Positions 10,979-24,991 of a stretch of DNA of 64,000 nucleotides are shown here, piece by piece (position 1 is the stretch's first letter; every line of letters begins with the position of its first letter). A program made the position numbers and the translations under genes. The DNA comes from Stegostoma tigrinum (taxonomy: Eukaryota), in assembly GCF_030684315.1 (NCBI RefSeq), contig NC_081366.1, forward strand, positions 7,192,001 through 7,256,000, written 5' to 3'. The notes beneath the pieces were generated by a model. That model was not told where the DNA came from. It did not search any database and saw only the letters and a list, made by a program, of their open reading frames with translations.

Positions 10979-12527
10979 AGTTAAAATTCACTTATTCACT
11001 CTTGCATCAGAATGCCACGTTTATGTTATGCATTATTGACTTTCAGTTTAACTTATCAACTGATCAGAACGGAAGAGAAAGCGTGCACATACTTCATGCT
11101 CTTCGTGTTTTCTGTTGAGAGAAGATTATCCAATTCAGTTATTTTTATGCATTTTAATGCATTTCATGCATATGGTCATACACATCTCCAAGATATCATC
11201 AAAATTGTTCGTTCATTGATTTCTTCCATGCATTCTTTTCACATGATATATTCTATTTAACTGTATTTAAAGAAAATTATTGCCACTCCACGTCGTGTCA
11301 TTTTCCCTCTTTTTTAAAAAATATATTCTCAGAGGATTATCTAATTCAGTAGAATTGAAAACGACTCAGGAACGCTAAGGAATTATACAGGCCAAAAGTG
11401 CCATTCACAATATATTACAAAAGTGAATTCAGTTACAAAACTGGACGATTTTAAGTACGGCTAAGTTCTGTTTGTATGTTCTACATTAAAACGGGCATAA
11501 ATTTTTATGAAAAGTAATTGCCTAGATAATGCTAGACCTTGCCTTCTTTTGAACTTATTCCAAATCAACATTGTTGAGGCTTTGCTTTGTGTTCACCTCA
11601 ATAGTGCTGTACAGATCCTTTCAGTACCAAATAATTTCTTACTGAAAAGTAAATCTCCTTCTGGCACGACATAAGGCTGTGTACATTGTTTCCAATTATT
11701 TTTGCAATGAGTATAGATTTAATCTTATTTGTCCCTTGAACTTCACATTCATTTCACGTTAATTGTTTGAAACATCAATTATTATCCATTACTTTTTCAA
11801 TCCCAATTCCAGAAATAAACAATGCTTTCATTTGAATACAAAAGTTATCAGAGTAATTTCAGGGTTCTTTCATTCTTCAAAATGTTGTCTCCAAATAGAA
11901 CAAAACGTATGGTTGTCCTTTCACCAAAATTTACAGTACAGTTCTTCACCTGCAAGATTCCTGTCACCTCGACTGTGTTATCAGTGCTTGGGTAGTTCTT
12001 CAAATCGTTTAAAATAGAATACAATACCCAGCCTGCCTATGGATATAATCCCACTTAAAATCAGATTATAACTGTAAATTTCGGACTGTACATTTATTAA
12101 TGTGGTAATTGGAAGGTTTATGATCATTTTTAAGCTGCTGTCAGCAGAAATAATAAGTAATTTTCTGATCTGAGAATAGAATTGATCCAAGTTATGATGT
12201 TACACCAACTAGCAATTTAACATATTTCATTTTATGAAAGTCTTGACACCTGCAAGTAAATCAATTTGTCATTTCAAATTGCGTATTCCTTGCTTTGATT
12301 TTACTCAAACATTCTGATTGTTTATAAATGCATTAATATATAAAACACTATATTTAACCTTCATAAGTGCATTTGACAAAGCACCTGTTCTACCTTGTCT
12401 TTTCTCTAAGATGTTACCACAGTTTCCAAATTAGGAATTCAAATGGCATAACTGCAAACTTCAGTTTTTCTGAGCATTTTATGCCTGTTTTGAAATTAAA
12501 TTTCACAAACAAAGTTGCTGTTAGTTT

Positions 12528-12541
12528 TTTCTTTCTTTCAT

Positions 12542-12600
<59 letters not shown>
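12528..12600 (+). repeat. (TTTC)n microsatellite
   Basis: Direct reading. Confidence 0.95.
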
Positions 12601-13102
12601 AACACATTTTTGATGCGTTGTTGGTTACCAACAACACCATCTGTTGTAACAGATTTAACCAGAATGAAATGAATGCAAGCACTGAAAAAGTTCTGTAATT
12701 TTGTTACAAATACGATATAATTTTCACAGTTGTCGTTTTAACTTCACTGGGAGAAAGGGGCTTGTACAGAATTTTGATGTTTTTGCTATTACTTCAGCAA
12801 AACCCTCCATTTCTTGTTTCCATCTTTTTATTAGTTCTGCTCTACCTGACATTGTAACACTCTTTGCTTTACATCACTCCATGAACAGTCGGTCAGAAGA
12901 ATAACCGATTTTAACTGTGCTATTTTGTCTTCTGGATCACTGGTAAACATCTTTTTCCCACACTTTACCACAGACATCATGCTTCCCGGAACTTCTCATG
13001 AGTTAGCAGTGGCAGCTTCAGCTTTTTTTTCAGATTTATGCTTGACAGTTTCCTTGATCACAACACTCAATCAGATTTTCTTTACATTCAGTTCAATGTC
13101 AT

Positions 13103-15330
13103 GCGTAATGGGCCAGGCCAGACACTCTCAAAATATTTTAAGAAGATAGCCCAGATACTGCTTTTATTTTGTTTGTTTGTTTTGTTTTCCCTTATTTTAA
13201 AGGTAGATATGAAGTGTGTGTGTCAGAAGTGATGCAACTAGTCAAACCACTCGGCGTTAAGAAAAATAATTTAAATGAACACTGTGGTAAAAACACAAAC
13301 AAAAGAAAGAGGAATTTAGGATGACAACTATTGGAAACATGACCAAATACTAGATACAGTGATTATAACTAATTAACTGTTCGAATATAGCAACAATCCA
13401 CAATTCCGAATTTGGAAATTGTGGTAACATCTTAGAGAAAAGAAAAGGTAGAACACCCATTGGCAAAAAGGTAAATTCAAACACAGAGTCTCATCGGCCG
13501 ATTTCCAAACCAGGAGGGAACGCAAGAGGCATTTCAGAGAAAGTCACAGTTAGGAATCTTTTACTGAAGCTTGTGTTCCTTCTGGGACCCAAGTATCTTG
13601 TGACTGCTGCAGCTTAAAAAAAATAGAAAGCCTGATCTGGGAAAACTGGCCACTCCCATTCCATTGTTAAACTGTTTCCTTTTTAAAGAAAAAGACCTAA
13701 AAGCCTCTAAACCGTTGATGTCGGTCTGCTCTTCGATACACCTGTCTTTACAACCTCTTTTCAAGAAAACCCAGAACAAAGTAACCTTTTTAAAGTAATA
13801 TCATCACACCACCACCCCTTTAAAAAAACATCTATGTACAAAGATGACTTCATTTTAAAACCCTTAGTCTTACTCTAATAGTAAACTATAATACAGAAGC
13901 ATTGCATTTACACGAAGCATATAAGCATTCATTAGTACATTGTATTTCATTCTGCGTGCTCCTCCCATCGAAAGCCTCCACTTTTAATCATCCAATTCGC
14001 AACAACGCAGCAGCAATTGTGTTTTCTAGTCCTGCCACGTGTAAAAGTTTCAAATTGAATGGTTACAATAATACGCTTCATCCAAAGAGACTTTTATGAG
14101 TTCTGATCAGTATATATAATTGTCTCAGACACATTACTGACAACACATAAACCAAAAGAGCTGAGGACGTTGTAGATCAGAAACAAAAACAGAGTTACTG
14201 GAAAAGCTCAGCGGGTCTGGCAGTATCTGCAAAGAGAAATCAATGTTATTGTTTCAGGTCGAGCGACACTTTCTCAACATATAAATGTTGAAATGCTGTA
14301 ATACCAACACCAAGCTCAAGGTTTCCTTCTCAATCTTGGAATCTTTCTGTTGATGAGCATTTAACTTCCTGGAAAAATACCCGCTAGGTCTTTCTAGATT
14401 CTCATTAACTTCTTATGAGAGTCCAACACTAACACTCATATTACTCACATCAAAACATAACCACTGGGGAAGTGGTTAGCACAGTTTTCAGATTGTCAAA
14501 TGCCTTCTGACATGTTGCCATCCAATGAAGTTTTCTGCACTTCTTCAATAAGTCAGTCAGTGGAACAGCCACGCTGCTGGCATTTGGTATTAAGTTCTGA
14601 TAAAGCCCACTCAATCTCAGGAATTGTAGTACTGCTCTCTTCATCGATGATATGGGAAACTCTTCAATAACCTTTATTTTTAAATCCTGTGGAACCATCT
14701 GTTCATGTCTGCTAACATGGCACAGGAATGTGACTTGGGCTTTTGTAACTTCTCGCTTAGCCAGTTTTATCACTGTGCCTGTCTCGAAAAGTCAATTGTA
14801 TAAAACTGCGAACTGCTGTAAATGTTCCTTTCATACATAACTAAACATCATCAGGTTGTCGATGTACACCACGTAATTAGAAATCCAGAACGTCCCCTTC
14901 GTATTCATCCAGCTCCACACTTTGTTATCTTGGATTCTCCTGCATCTGCAGTTCCCACTATCTCTCATATGGTCACCAGCCACTTCTTTCCTTTAGCTGC
15001 TTTCTGAAATGAAAACAAAAGGGATGCTACATCCTTCTCTCGAAATTTACGCAATGCTTGGATACTTGTAACAATCAGGCCTTTAACAAGGATATTTTAG
15101 CTCATCATCAATATCCGCAACATTGTGTATGCCTTCATCCACTTAGGTCGACTTTACGGCCTAATTGCCAACTTTTGAAGTTCAAACTCTCTCTGTTTCT
15201 CCGTTCTTCTGTGAGGTCCTTCCTCTCCTTTTCATTTTGTTCTTCCAGGACCTTTCTTTCCTTTTCATTTTGGCTCTGCCATAGTTATTCCTGTGAGCTA
15301 AGGCTTCAGGCATCAGACTTGTGCCTTGTT
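13103..15330 (-). mobile_element. Heavily deleted Gypsy LTR retrotransposon remnant (LTR about 13103-13808, PPT, pol and gag fragments)
   Basis: ORF 14450-14773 resembles the Gypsy RT/RNase H connection (KAQVTFL, FLRLSGLYQ, PLTDLLKK, CQKAFDNLK). A purine tract at 13809-13828 (minus) is followed by TGTGA. Gag-like IQALRKFREKDV near 15030-15065. Homology to the paralogous unit breaks at about 13100. Confidence 0.7.
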
Positions 15331-15361
15331 CGTGGAGAACTCAGAGCCAGGAATGATTTTA

Positions 15362-15550
15362 ATTATAGAATCATCGAATACTTACAGAATGGAAACAGGC
15401 CATTTGACCATTGTGTGCACAACATCCCTTCAAAGAACATCCCACCCAAACACACCCACTGCACCCTACCCCGTAACTCTTCATTTCCCATGGTTAATCC
15501 TCCGAGCCTGCCAACCCTTGAAATTACAAGGCAAATTAGCATGACCATCT
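15362..15550 (-). mobile_element. HE1-like SINE 3' fragment (second copy at 24472-24583)
   Basis: ACAGAATGGAAACAGGCC...CATCCCACCCA...ATTAGCATGACCA shares the CR1-type tail. The copy at 24472 abuts a (CAT)n tract. Confidence 0.5.
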
Positions 15551-16334
15551 ATGAAACTGCATATTTTTGGACTGGATTACAACCAGTGTGCTGCATTGGG
15601 GCGAAGTTATCTAATTTAATACAACCGCAAACAAGCATTCATAATGATTATGTGCATATGTGGCAGAGATCCGGTGCCAGAGAGGGTCTCAGTGACGTTT
15701 TACCATCCATTTAGCTCAAGGAAGGGAGATAGAAATTCTTTGGTTTCTTGTAGAATTATGAAGCATGGAGAATGGGATGTAAAGTACATCCGTGAGAAAA
15801 TATGACCCATGTTCAGCGTAGAAAAAGGCACAAAGAACGTTCTAATCTAAGGCTGCCCCTGTGTTTTTTTCCTGTTTTTGTGATGATGATTATGCAAGAT
15901 GGAGGAATCAATTTGATTTAGTTCACTTGTGGTCTAACAGCTAACATTCTGATCCTGTGAAATACTGAAATTTTCTGAAGAAGATGTCATGAAAGGATTA
16001 GAGACTAAATTACCATGGATGCTGGAGTCCAAGGTAGACAAACAGGAGGCTGAAAGAACACAGCAAACCAGGAAGGATCTGGAGGAAAGGAGCAGTCCTG
16101 AAGAAGAGTAATAGCGAAAACACTGATCTTTTTTCCTCCAGATCCTGTCTGGCTTTCTGTGTTCTTTCAATCTCTTAAAAAGGATTTCATGGCTTCACAG
16201 AAGTGTTGATGCAGTATCGTTATTTTGTTGCCTGGTTATTGAAGGAAATACGTCCATTGTGCTCGAGACCGCTAATTATTGCTTAAATAGTACCCACTGA
16301 ACTTGTTTTGCAAATAAAGCATCAGACAATACCG

Positions 16335-17596
16335 ATTACATTGTTGCAGGAAATGACCGCAAGTAGTGTCATTATGTCTGCATTTATTAAAAGGAATCAA
16401 CAAATGTTTTGAATTATATAAGGTGGAATGGATGAAATCTGAGCAGGTGTATTAAATCAAAAAAGTTAGAGGACGAGAGAGAAAAATATTAATGGAGATT
16501 ACTTTCTTAAAGATCTGCAGTTCTCAGAAAGATGGAGAGTACAAGTATCAAACTCTAAGCATAAGAAGGGCCCCCATTCCTGAAGGTAACATAGATTTCA
16601 AATTGTGGATGTAAATGCAAAACTTGTGAATAAACAAGTAAAACAACTATTAAATACATTAACTACTACAGATAATAAAATATAGAATAGCCATTGAGCG
16701 CAAAGATTTCACAGTGTTCACTCTCTTCAGACGCTGTCAGATCTGTTGATTTTCACCAGCACTTTCAGTTTAAAATTAGACAAAGGTAGGATAAGTAAGC
16801 CGAATGGAAACAATATTAACGAAACAGTAATGGATAATTAAAGAGGAACATACAAATGAATGGACTGATAGTTTGCTATTTACGGAACTGGATGCAAATT
16901 TCTATAAATGTATGGAAATAGGTAAGCTTACAGCTTTTAAAAGGCATCAGTGGTTGGGGGAATTGGGGTTGGGGTGTTGATCCATGATTGGGCAGGGTTT
17001 TGGCAAAAAGGTGGCAAATGGGACCAGGTAACTTTATCCTATCCTCACGACACAAATGAGCTAGACACAGGGTCTGCTTTCATGCTGCATAACTCTCTGA
17101 TTCTAACTGCAAATGGAATAACAGGGAGGAACTGGGAAAAGATATATCACATTCTTGAGTGAAGGAGTTCTGATAGCATTCGTGGAGCTGTGGGCTGACA
17201 AATGCGAACTGCTGATGGCTTTTATCCTGGTATTGTAAAATAAAAGGGTTGTGCAAATTCTGTGCATGTATCATCTGTTGCAATTCAAAGTATGCCATGT
17301 ACCTTGAGAAAAATTGACAGTCAATGTCAATCAGAGATAACAAGGTGTAGAACTGGATGGACACAGCAGGCCATAAATCCACTTGTTCTCTCCATCTTTC
17401 TGAGAACTGCAGATCTTTAAGAAAGTAATCTCCATTAATGTTTTTCTCTCTTGTCATCTCACTTTTTTGATTTAACACATCTGCTCAAATTTCATCCATT
17501 TCACCTTTTATATAATCCAAAACCTTCGTTGATTTCTTTTAATAAATGCAAAGAGATAATGACACTACTCACAGTTATTTCCTGAAACAATGTAAT
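16335..17596. repeat. Inverted duplication: 16335-16546 vs 17381-17596
   Basis: TAATGGAGATTACTTTCTTAAAGATCTGCAGTTCTCAGAAAGATGGAGAG is present exactly in reverse complement. The outer part of the arms is more diverged. Confidence 0.9.
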
Positions 17597-20500
17597 GTAG
17601 CTTTCATTGTCCAGAGAGCAGTTAAGACTCAATCACATTGTTGTGGGTCTGGAGTCACATGTCGGCCAGAGGAGGTGAGGATGGCAGTTTCCTCCCAGAT
17701 GGGTTTTCCCCCAAAAATCAGCAATGGCTTAATGGTCATCATTTGACACTCAATTCCAGATATTTATTGAATTCACTTTCCACCACCTGCCGTGGCAGGA
17801 TTCGAGCCTGGGTACCCAGAACATCATTGGGGCCTCTTGATTGACAGTTCAGTGATAATACCACCAGGTCATCGCCTCCCCGTCTGGGATTATCCCACTT
17901 AATAATCGATTCCCTTTAATAAACCAACTGAGAGTTCCTGAATAAATGTTGTCTTAAACCTAGTGTGAAGTAAACTGTGTTTATATTTACGTGTTAAAAT
18001 GCCCCAGAGAACAGTTAATGATCTGCTCTTGCATATTCTCAAAACAGACATCGATGGGTCACTTGGTACCAAGCATACCTGGGATAAGGTAACAATCTGA
18101 GAAGTTGAAGGAATTCAACTGTGTACTTATTGTGCGGCAGAGTAGTCTAAAGGGGCTTTTAAAAAAAAATACTGCCTGAGTATTACATTCTTCTGTTCTT
18201 ATTCTTAAAGATTTGTTAGATGAAAAAAAAGGAAAACTGAATTCAATGGGATGGTGCCAATGTGAAAGACAAAGCCTCGTATACCTTGGGTTTTACCCAA
18301 CAAGATGAGAAACCAAAGTCAAAACAATTGCACTGATATATTATTTTAATTAAATGCGACGGTATAAATAAGTCTTGCAAATAGCAGAATATGATTTTAT
18401 TTTTAAAAAGTGAAAAATTGAACAAAGTCTAATGTCTCATAAATGAATTTTGCAAATTTTACGCAATAAATGTTTCAAGAATGCTCTAGTAGAACACCGA
18501 AGAGTCAGGATAAAGGTAACGGTAGACAAGATGAAGATATAACTCCAACTCTCGCAGTGAAGGAAATAGTGGCTGACATCAATCAAAATGAAATGCCATT
18601 TTCAGCGGATATTATCTTTTGAATTTTTTGAATAAGTGACTGTTAATAATTTTCAAAAATGAGCTGAATAGTCGGATAAGCTAAGTAGGCGATCTCTGAA
18701 ATATATTGATAATCAGTGACATAAAAAAATCTGGAGTTTGGCCCACCAGTGGCCAATTCACAAGGCCAAAACATTAGGTTGTTTGTCCTATTCATTCACG
18801 GATTTGAACACCACCGATGGCGACATTTTCTTTCATCCATCCCGATTTGAATTTTACCTGGATGATTTACTTGATTTTTGTAATAAAATTATAGAAACAT
18901 CGAAAATGCTTGGGATTGTACCATTGCTGGGTTGTTAATCCAGAAAATCTCCTGTCACACTCAATAGAGGTTAATCTGAAATAGCCTACTCACCAGCCTG
19001 AACATTTTTTATTATTATTATTCATTCACGCGATGAGGGTGTCGCTAGCAAGGCAGCATTTATTGCCCAGAGAGCAGTTAATACTCAACCACATTGTTGT
19101 GGGTCTGGAGTCACATGTAGGCCAGAGGAGGTGAGGATGGCAGTTTCCTCCCAGATGGGTTTTTTCCAGGTGAAAAATCAAGGTGATTTCAGAGGGACAT
19201 TAACAGTAAATCATACTGATGTCGATCCGGAATCACATACAGGCTAACTTTTACCCATCCCTTTGTCTTCCCACCTATTATACACTTTATCTGGGCTCTC
19301 TCACCACATAGCATTTATCCTCACAACGACCCATATTCGGCTTATATGCCAACTATTATCTAACTGTGATCCATTCTGAATAAGAATCACTTGTCGGCAA
19401 GCCTTAACTCTGCCTTCTCTCCACAGATGCTGTCAGACCAACTGAAACTTTCCAGCAATTTCTGTTTGTGTTTCTCATATCCGGCATGTGCAGTTCTTTA
19501 TTCTATTTTACTTCTGTTTAACGTACCTAGGGGGTTTATATTACTCTGCAAAATAGCGGAATAGCATTAGCAAAATGGCCATTCAATCAACTGAGTTAAT
19601 CTGCCATCAGAATGATCACGGTTTTATTACTGCAGGATTTATCAATGGTCACATGAACACCAAGGCAGATCATAACATTTTCTCTTCTTATAGAACACTT
19701 TTAAGTGGTACTTGCATGACGCGAATATTACTTGTCACTTAAGAGGTCAGACTCAGAACTGACCAGTACATGAATTGCTTCAGTACCTGAGGAATGATAA
19801 AGATCACAAAAGAATCATGAATATACATGCCCATTTCTGACAACAAGACCATGCAGCAGGGTAAACTGATTGGTGCAAGGACACTACCCTGACACACTCG
19901 AGCAGTTCAAATTTTAGCCCAAATAGCATCATAAAACAATCATTACAACTTTCCTTTGAGCGAGGTACGACCATCCTTTTAGAATGACAAATCCCAAAAA
20001 AATGACAGAGTACAACCAGTGTCTATTCCGTCCGATGTGCCTGCACTGGTTTGTCAAATGAGCTTCATTACTCAGAATTAATCTCCTGCTTTCCACGACG
20101 ACCCCATCTTATCATTGCATGTTATCTATATCCAAATAACTATCCAACGCATTCTTGAATGTGTGAAATAAATCTGTCCTTGCCACAATTCTAGACTGTG
20201 CATTTCATTCCATCTACGTGACAAGTGAAAATTACTTTAAATATTCGCCCTCTCCTCTTTTTTACCCTTTACCAACAGGAAGCATTTTTACCTATCTACT
20301 CTATCAATCTCATTCATGATTTTTCAAAGTTCTACCAAATCCTTGTAAGCTTTCATCTCAAAATGATCCAAAATTCTTCAAATTGTTGTCATAACCAAAG
20401 TTCCTCATCCCTGATTTTCTTTTTTCAATTCTGCACTCTCTACAATGCATTTGCATCGTTCCGATGATACAGTCATAAATGTACACAATCCTCCAGATCA

Positions 20501-21074
20501 GGCCTACAAGAGGAGGGATTTCCCTGATTCCATTCTCTTTAAGAATGCAGTGATTGCTCAAACGAAAACGCAGTAAAACGATAACATTAAAACAATGGGA
20601 CACTTTATCACTTCTCTCGTGATTTTACCTTTTTTTTCACTAATACCAGTGCCTCTGTCTTTGCAATCCAAACTGATCTCTGTTGAGCAGATTGTTCCTG
20701 TTTAAGTGACATTTCAAAGCATTTCTGTGAATAAAATTCATGGGTTCATTTGTGATTGAAATTACTGAAGAAGCATTGATTTGCTGAATTGATTTTTTTT
20801 TCATGTCTTGTGAAATTTACTGCCAATTGTTGCATAATTGCAGAGATGGCAGGTAACTGTGGCTATCATGGCAAACATGTCAATTGGTAAGGAAAGGACG
20901 AGAACAAAAGATGTCAGCTCATTTGAAGCAAAGTTTAATCATTTAATTCACCTCCAGATGAAGATGATTACAAATACCTATCATTTCCACTTGTATTCTC
21001 GGCTCCATGACCATCAAAGTTGGTTGTATTTGTGAAACATACTTCTTCCCTTAATTTCTTAATAATTATCTTTA

Positions 21075-22939
21075 TATAACACTTTCAACGGCTCACATCG
21101 AACTCTCTGTTCACTTAAGTTCGGTAACTTCACTCATATTTTCCACTGATTCCCCATTTTTCTTCTAAAGTTGACGTTCCCATGTTATCCTACATCGTGC
21201 CCATTCTGCTACTTTTATTTTTGCTTGTTCGTTTCATTTCTGTATGGTCCTTTACATCATCATTAATAATTAGATTTGAGTGCATTGCAATGATTTGATG
21301 TGATTTGATTCAGGATTACTTTGCTCTACATATCTAAAGCTACTTTGAAGTTTTGATAAACTTTCAGCTGTAGTCTCACCAGAGAAAATGGAGACCAATT
21401 GGCTGAATTTTGATTTCAGCTACTGCCACCACTGGATTATCATATTTTGGAATCAAACGTGGTTTGATAGATCATTAGTTTTTTTTTTATTATCAATGTC
21501 GTGATTAGTCAATGAAACAATGTCAAACATATCTGAAGTTATTCTTTAATGAGAGAAAATAAATTTATTCCACACGTAAAAGTGCATAAGAGCTACATAT
21601 TGATTATATGTTCATTGTATTATTTGCAAAAATTAGAACAGAAACTTCAAAAACAATTCAATCCAAGTTCCAGCGTCAACCGCTAGAGATATTTAAATCC
21701 AGAGAACTACAAACCACCTCAACTGTTTAGTTATGACATCACTTCAGTGGACCGTGGACACCATTCATTAATTTCTTTCTGAGAATGCTGACATGAAGAA
21801 CTCAGAAATATGAGTGCCTAAACTTTCATAATTCTAATAATCGCCAGTTTCTACCCAATCTAACCTTGTCTGGAAGCTTTACAAACTAACCGGTTCTGTT
21901 GAGTTAGCTGGCTTTCCCCTCAACTACCCTGGAGTGCGAGAGGATTCCCAAACTTATTTCTGAAATGAGCTGTGCTGTTTTTTAACACCTCGTTGAAAAG
22001 TCTTCTCATGAACTCCATCCAGAACTCCTTTGAAGCGACCAGTAAACATAGCTTGCAGCCTTCATGTGTTAACATTGACTGCTATAAATTGAAATGTCCA
22101 CCCATCTTTTAGTTAACTCTGTAGAGGTCCACAAGTACTCGCCCTCTGAGCAAAATATAATATAGCTCACTGTCGCAGAATATTTGCAGACAGCATTTTT
22201 CAAACTTAAAGTGAATGACCAATATCAATCTGGGTCTCTTTTAAACTTATTCTGGTTCAATAATGATAATAATGCACGTTACAAACCTTTTTACTATGGT
22301 TGTAATGCACAAAAATTCTTTCAAATCTGTAAGAGTCACAACTCCTTGGAAATTAGCGCTGCAATAGAATTGTTGAAAACAGTTTACTACACAAAAGTTA
22401 AGCGAGTGTTAAATTGGATAGAAAGAGCAAAGATAAAACTAAATACAGCACCGGAACAGGCCCTTCAGCTGCCAAACCTGCGCGATACCTTTGCCCTTCC
22501 ATACTAAAAATATCTTTACTTACAGAATCTGTATCCCTCTATTATTCTTCGTATTTATCTCTTCATTCAAGTCTAGGCTAAAAGATTGATTTGTCAGCAT
22601 GATACAGAGATAAATAGCGTTTTCAGATTGTCTAGCTGTATATAATACTTACAATCTATAGCAAAAAAATGGATTTTGGCATTTGAATGAGCATAGGTAA
22701 ATTTGCCTAAGGCCCTGGAAAAAGTAAGAATGTCTGTGACAAGATAAAGCATAAAGTCTGCAAAGGACCATACAGAAATGAAACGAACAAGCAAAAATAA
22801 AAGTAGCAGAATGGCACAATGTAGGATAACATGGGAACGTCAACTTTACAGGAAGAATGGAGAATCAGTGGAAAATTTGAGTGAAGTTACCGAACATAAG
22901 TGAACAGAGAGTTCGATGTGAGCTTTTGAAAGTGTTATA
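21075..22939. repeat. Inverted duplication: 21075-21253 vs 22762-22939
   Basis: CCATTCTGCTACTTTTATTTTTGCTTGTTCGTTTCATTTCTGTATGGTCCTTT and GCTCACATCGAACTCTCTGTTCACTTA match in reverse complement. Confidence 0.9.
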
Positions 22940-24438
22940 CGATATTGAGTTAGCTGGCAAATGCAGTTAACAGGGCAAAATAAATTATTGATTGTAGTGA
23001 AGGAACTAGAAATAAAAGCAAGGACAGTTCACTTCAGTTAGACATGATCTTTCACATCTTTGAACCAAAAGCTCGTGAAATAGACTCATAAAGAAGTCTC
23101 TTGTGAGATAACGTCTGGGTTTGAATTTCTATATATTGTCCACATTCAGATTCAGTAAGGTCGGAAAATAGTTATGTTCAAAATGAAGGGAGACAGAAGA
23201 CAGCCATCTATATATATCAGCTAGTGAACATCTGTGGTAGGGAAGGTTCTTGCAGTTAGTATTCATGCATCATTACACACATCGAAAGACAACTTCAAAA
23301 TCAAAGTAATCAGGAAATAAATCAAAATGGCGTTATGAAGGAGAAATCTTGGTAAAACAGGTTATTAGATGTCTCTGAGGAAGTAATTTTGCTCTGGATA
23401 GACGGGATTGATTGATTAACCACTGTCGCATGCACGGAGATAGTGAAAAGTACTGTTTTTTACATGTTATTCAGGCAGATCGCACCTTACAAAATGCATC
23501 AGGGTAGGAGACCAGAGTGCAGAGTACAGTGTCACAGCCACAGAGAAGATGCAATAGACAGATCAAAATTAACGTGAGAGTTCCACACAAAAGTCTGCTA
23601 ACAGCACTTAAGCAGCTGTACTTGAGTCTATTTTAGGACAAATTTGACGCAATGTATTTTTTTCTACCAAAAGGCATTTGATCAAGTAACACATCAAATA
23701 TTAATGCAGAAAAATAAGCCACATGGTTCAGGAAGTAACACATTGGCATGGATAATGGATTGGCGAACTAACGAAGAAGAAAGTCTTTTGCTTATGTAAT
23801 GCTCACGCGCATTGCAAGGTAGAATAAGTGGTGTACCAAACGGATCAGTGCAGGTGCCTCAACGTTCTGCAATTTGCAAAACACAGACCAAGAAATGCAA
23901 GGTATCTTTGCTAAATTAGCTGGTAACATTAAACTCGACAGGAAAATAAGCTGTGGACAGGACATCAGGGTTCAAATCGATAAATAGACAAGGAGTTGTC
24001 AACTCGTGCTTAATGTGGAATTATGTGATATTTTATATTTCAAAAGGTAAAATGAAGGAAAGAGAAGTTTATCATCTAAATATTGATATACTACAGCGAT
24101 CTGAGGAGTAGGTGTTGATACGTGTACTGTGCATTCTTCTCAAAGATTTACATTGGGTTTACAGCAAGCAATTAAGTACAGCATTGAGAGTCTTCTTTGA
24201 ATATCTTTCTGAAAAGATTGTGCGAGAAGGATCTGTGATGATAAAAGTGAAAAGTTTCTTCTGAAGCCACTGATGAAATGTTATCGTGGATAGGAGGCAA
24301 TAGAGAGTTCATACTGCAATTTCGCCAACTCTGATGAAATTGAATGTCGGGTCAGGCACGAGGGGCTGAATAGCACACCGCTGCTCCTTGTTCGAATATT
24401 CCATAAAGTTAATTAGAACTTTATATTATCACCCATGT

Positions 24439-24471
<33 letters not shown>
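24439..24471 (+). repeat. (ATC)n microsatellite
   Basis: Direct reading; adjoins the SINE tail. Confidence 0.95.
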
Positions 24472-24472
<1 letters not shown>

Positions 24473-24991
24473 GAGTCCCTACTGTGTGGAAGCAGGGCCT
24501 TCCGACCAACAAGTCCACACCAATCCTCAGAACATCCCACCCAGAACCATCCCCTATAACACATCTAATCCACACATCCCTGATGTTTATGTAATTTAAA
24601 TAACTGAAAATGTTTCTACACCTAGGATATTTTGCAAAAACAGTGTAATTCTTTTCGTGACAAGCAGTTACCAAACTACAATACACAAACTGAAAATAAA
24701 AGGTTCCATAGAAGGGCTGTGTTTGTTGCGATTCAATTGTTAACACAGGTTTCTGAACTTAAACTGAACAGATTATTTTTTAAAATACCTCAGTTTTTAT
24801 TCTAATGTTGACAGAAATCACAAAACAGCATTCGAGACATCGCATTTCCAACGTTATCGTCCGAAACTGATAATACAAAAGTGGAGCAAGAATTCCAGAG
24901 AAAACATTCGAATAGAGTTTGATTTGAGGGGTGGGGGATGCATACAGATGTATAAACTTCAAATTAATTGCATACACATGGACATATTGCG

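Noticed and set aside
12367-12672. Low-complexity ORFs (FFLS/KKER repeats; also poly-I/poly-M at 24388-24746)
   Set aside because: Translations of microsatellites.
15058-15714. 218-aa plus-strand ORF
   Set aside because: It runs across antisense Gypsy gag and a SINE fragment, has no domain motifs and starts at TTG.
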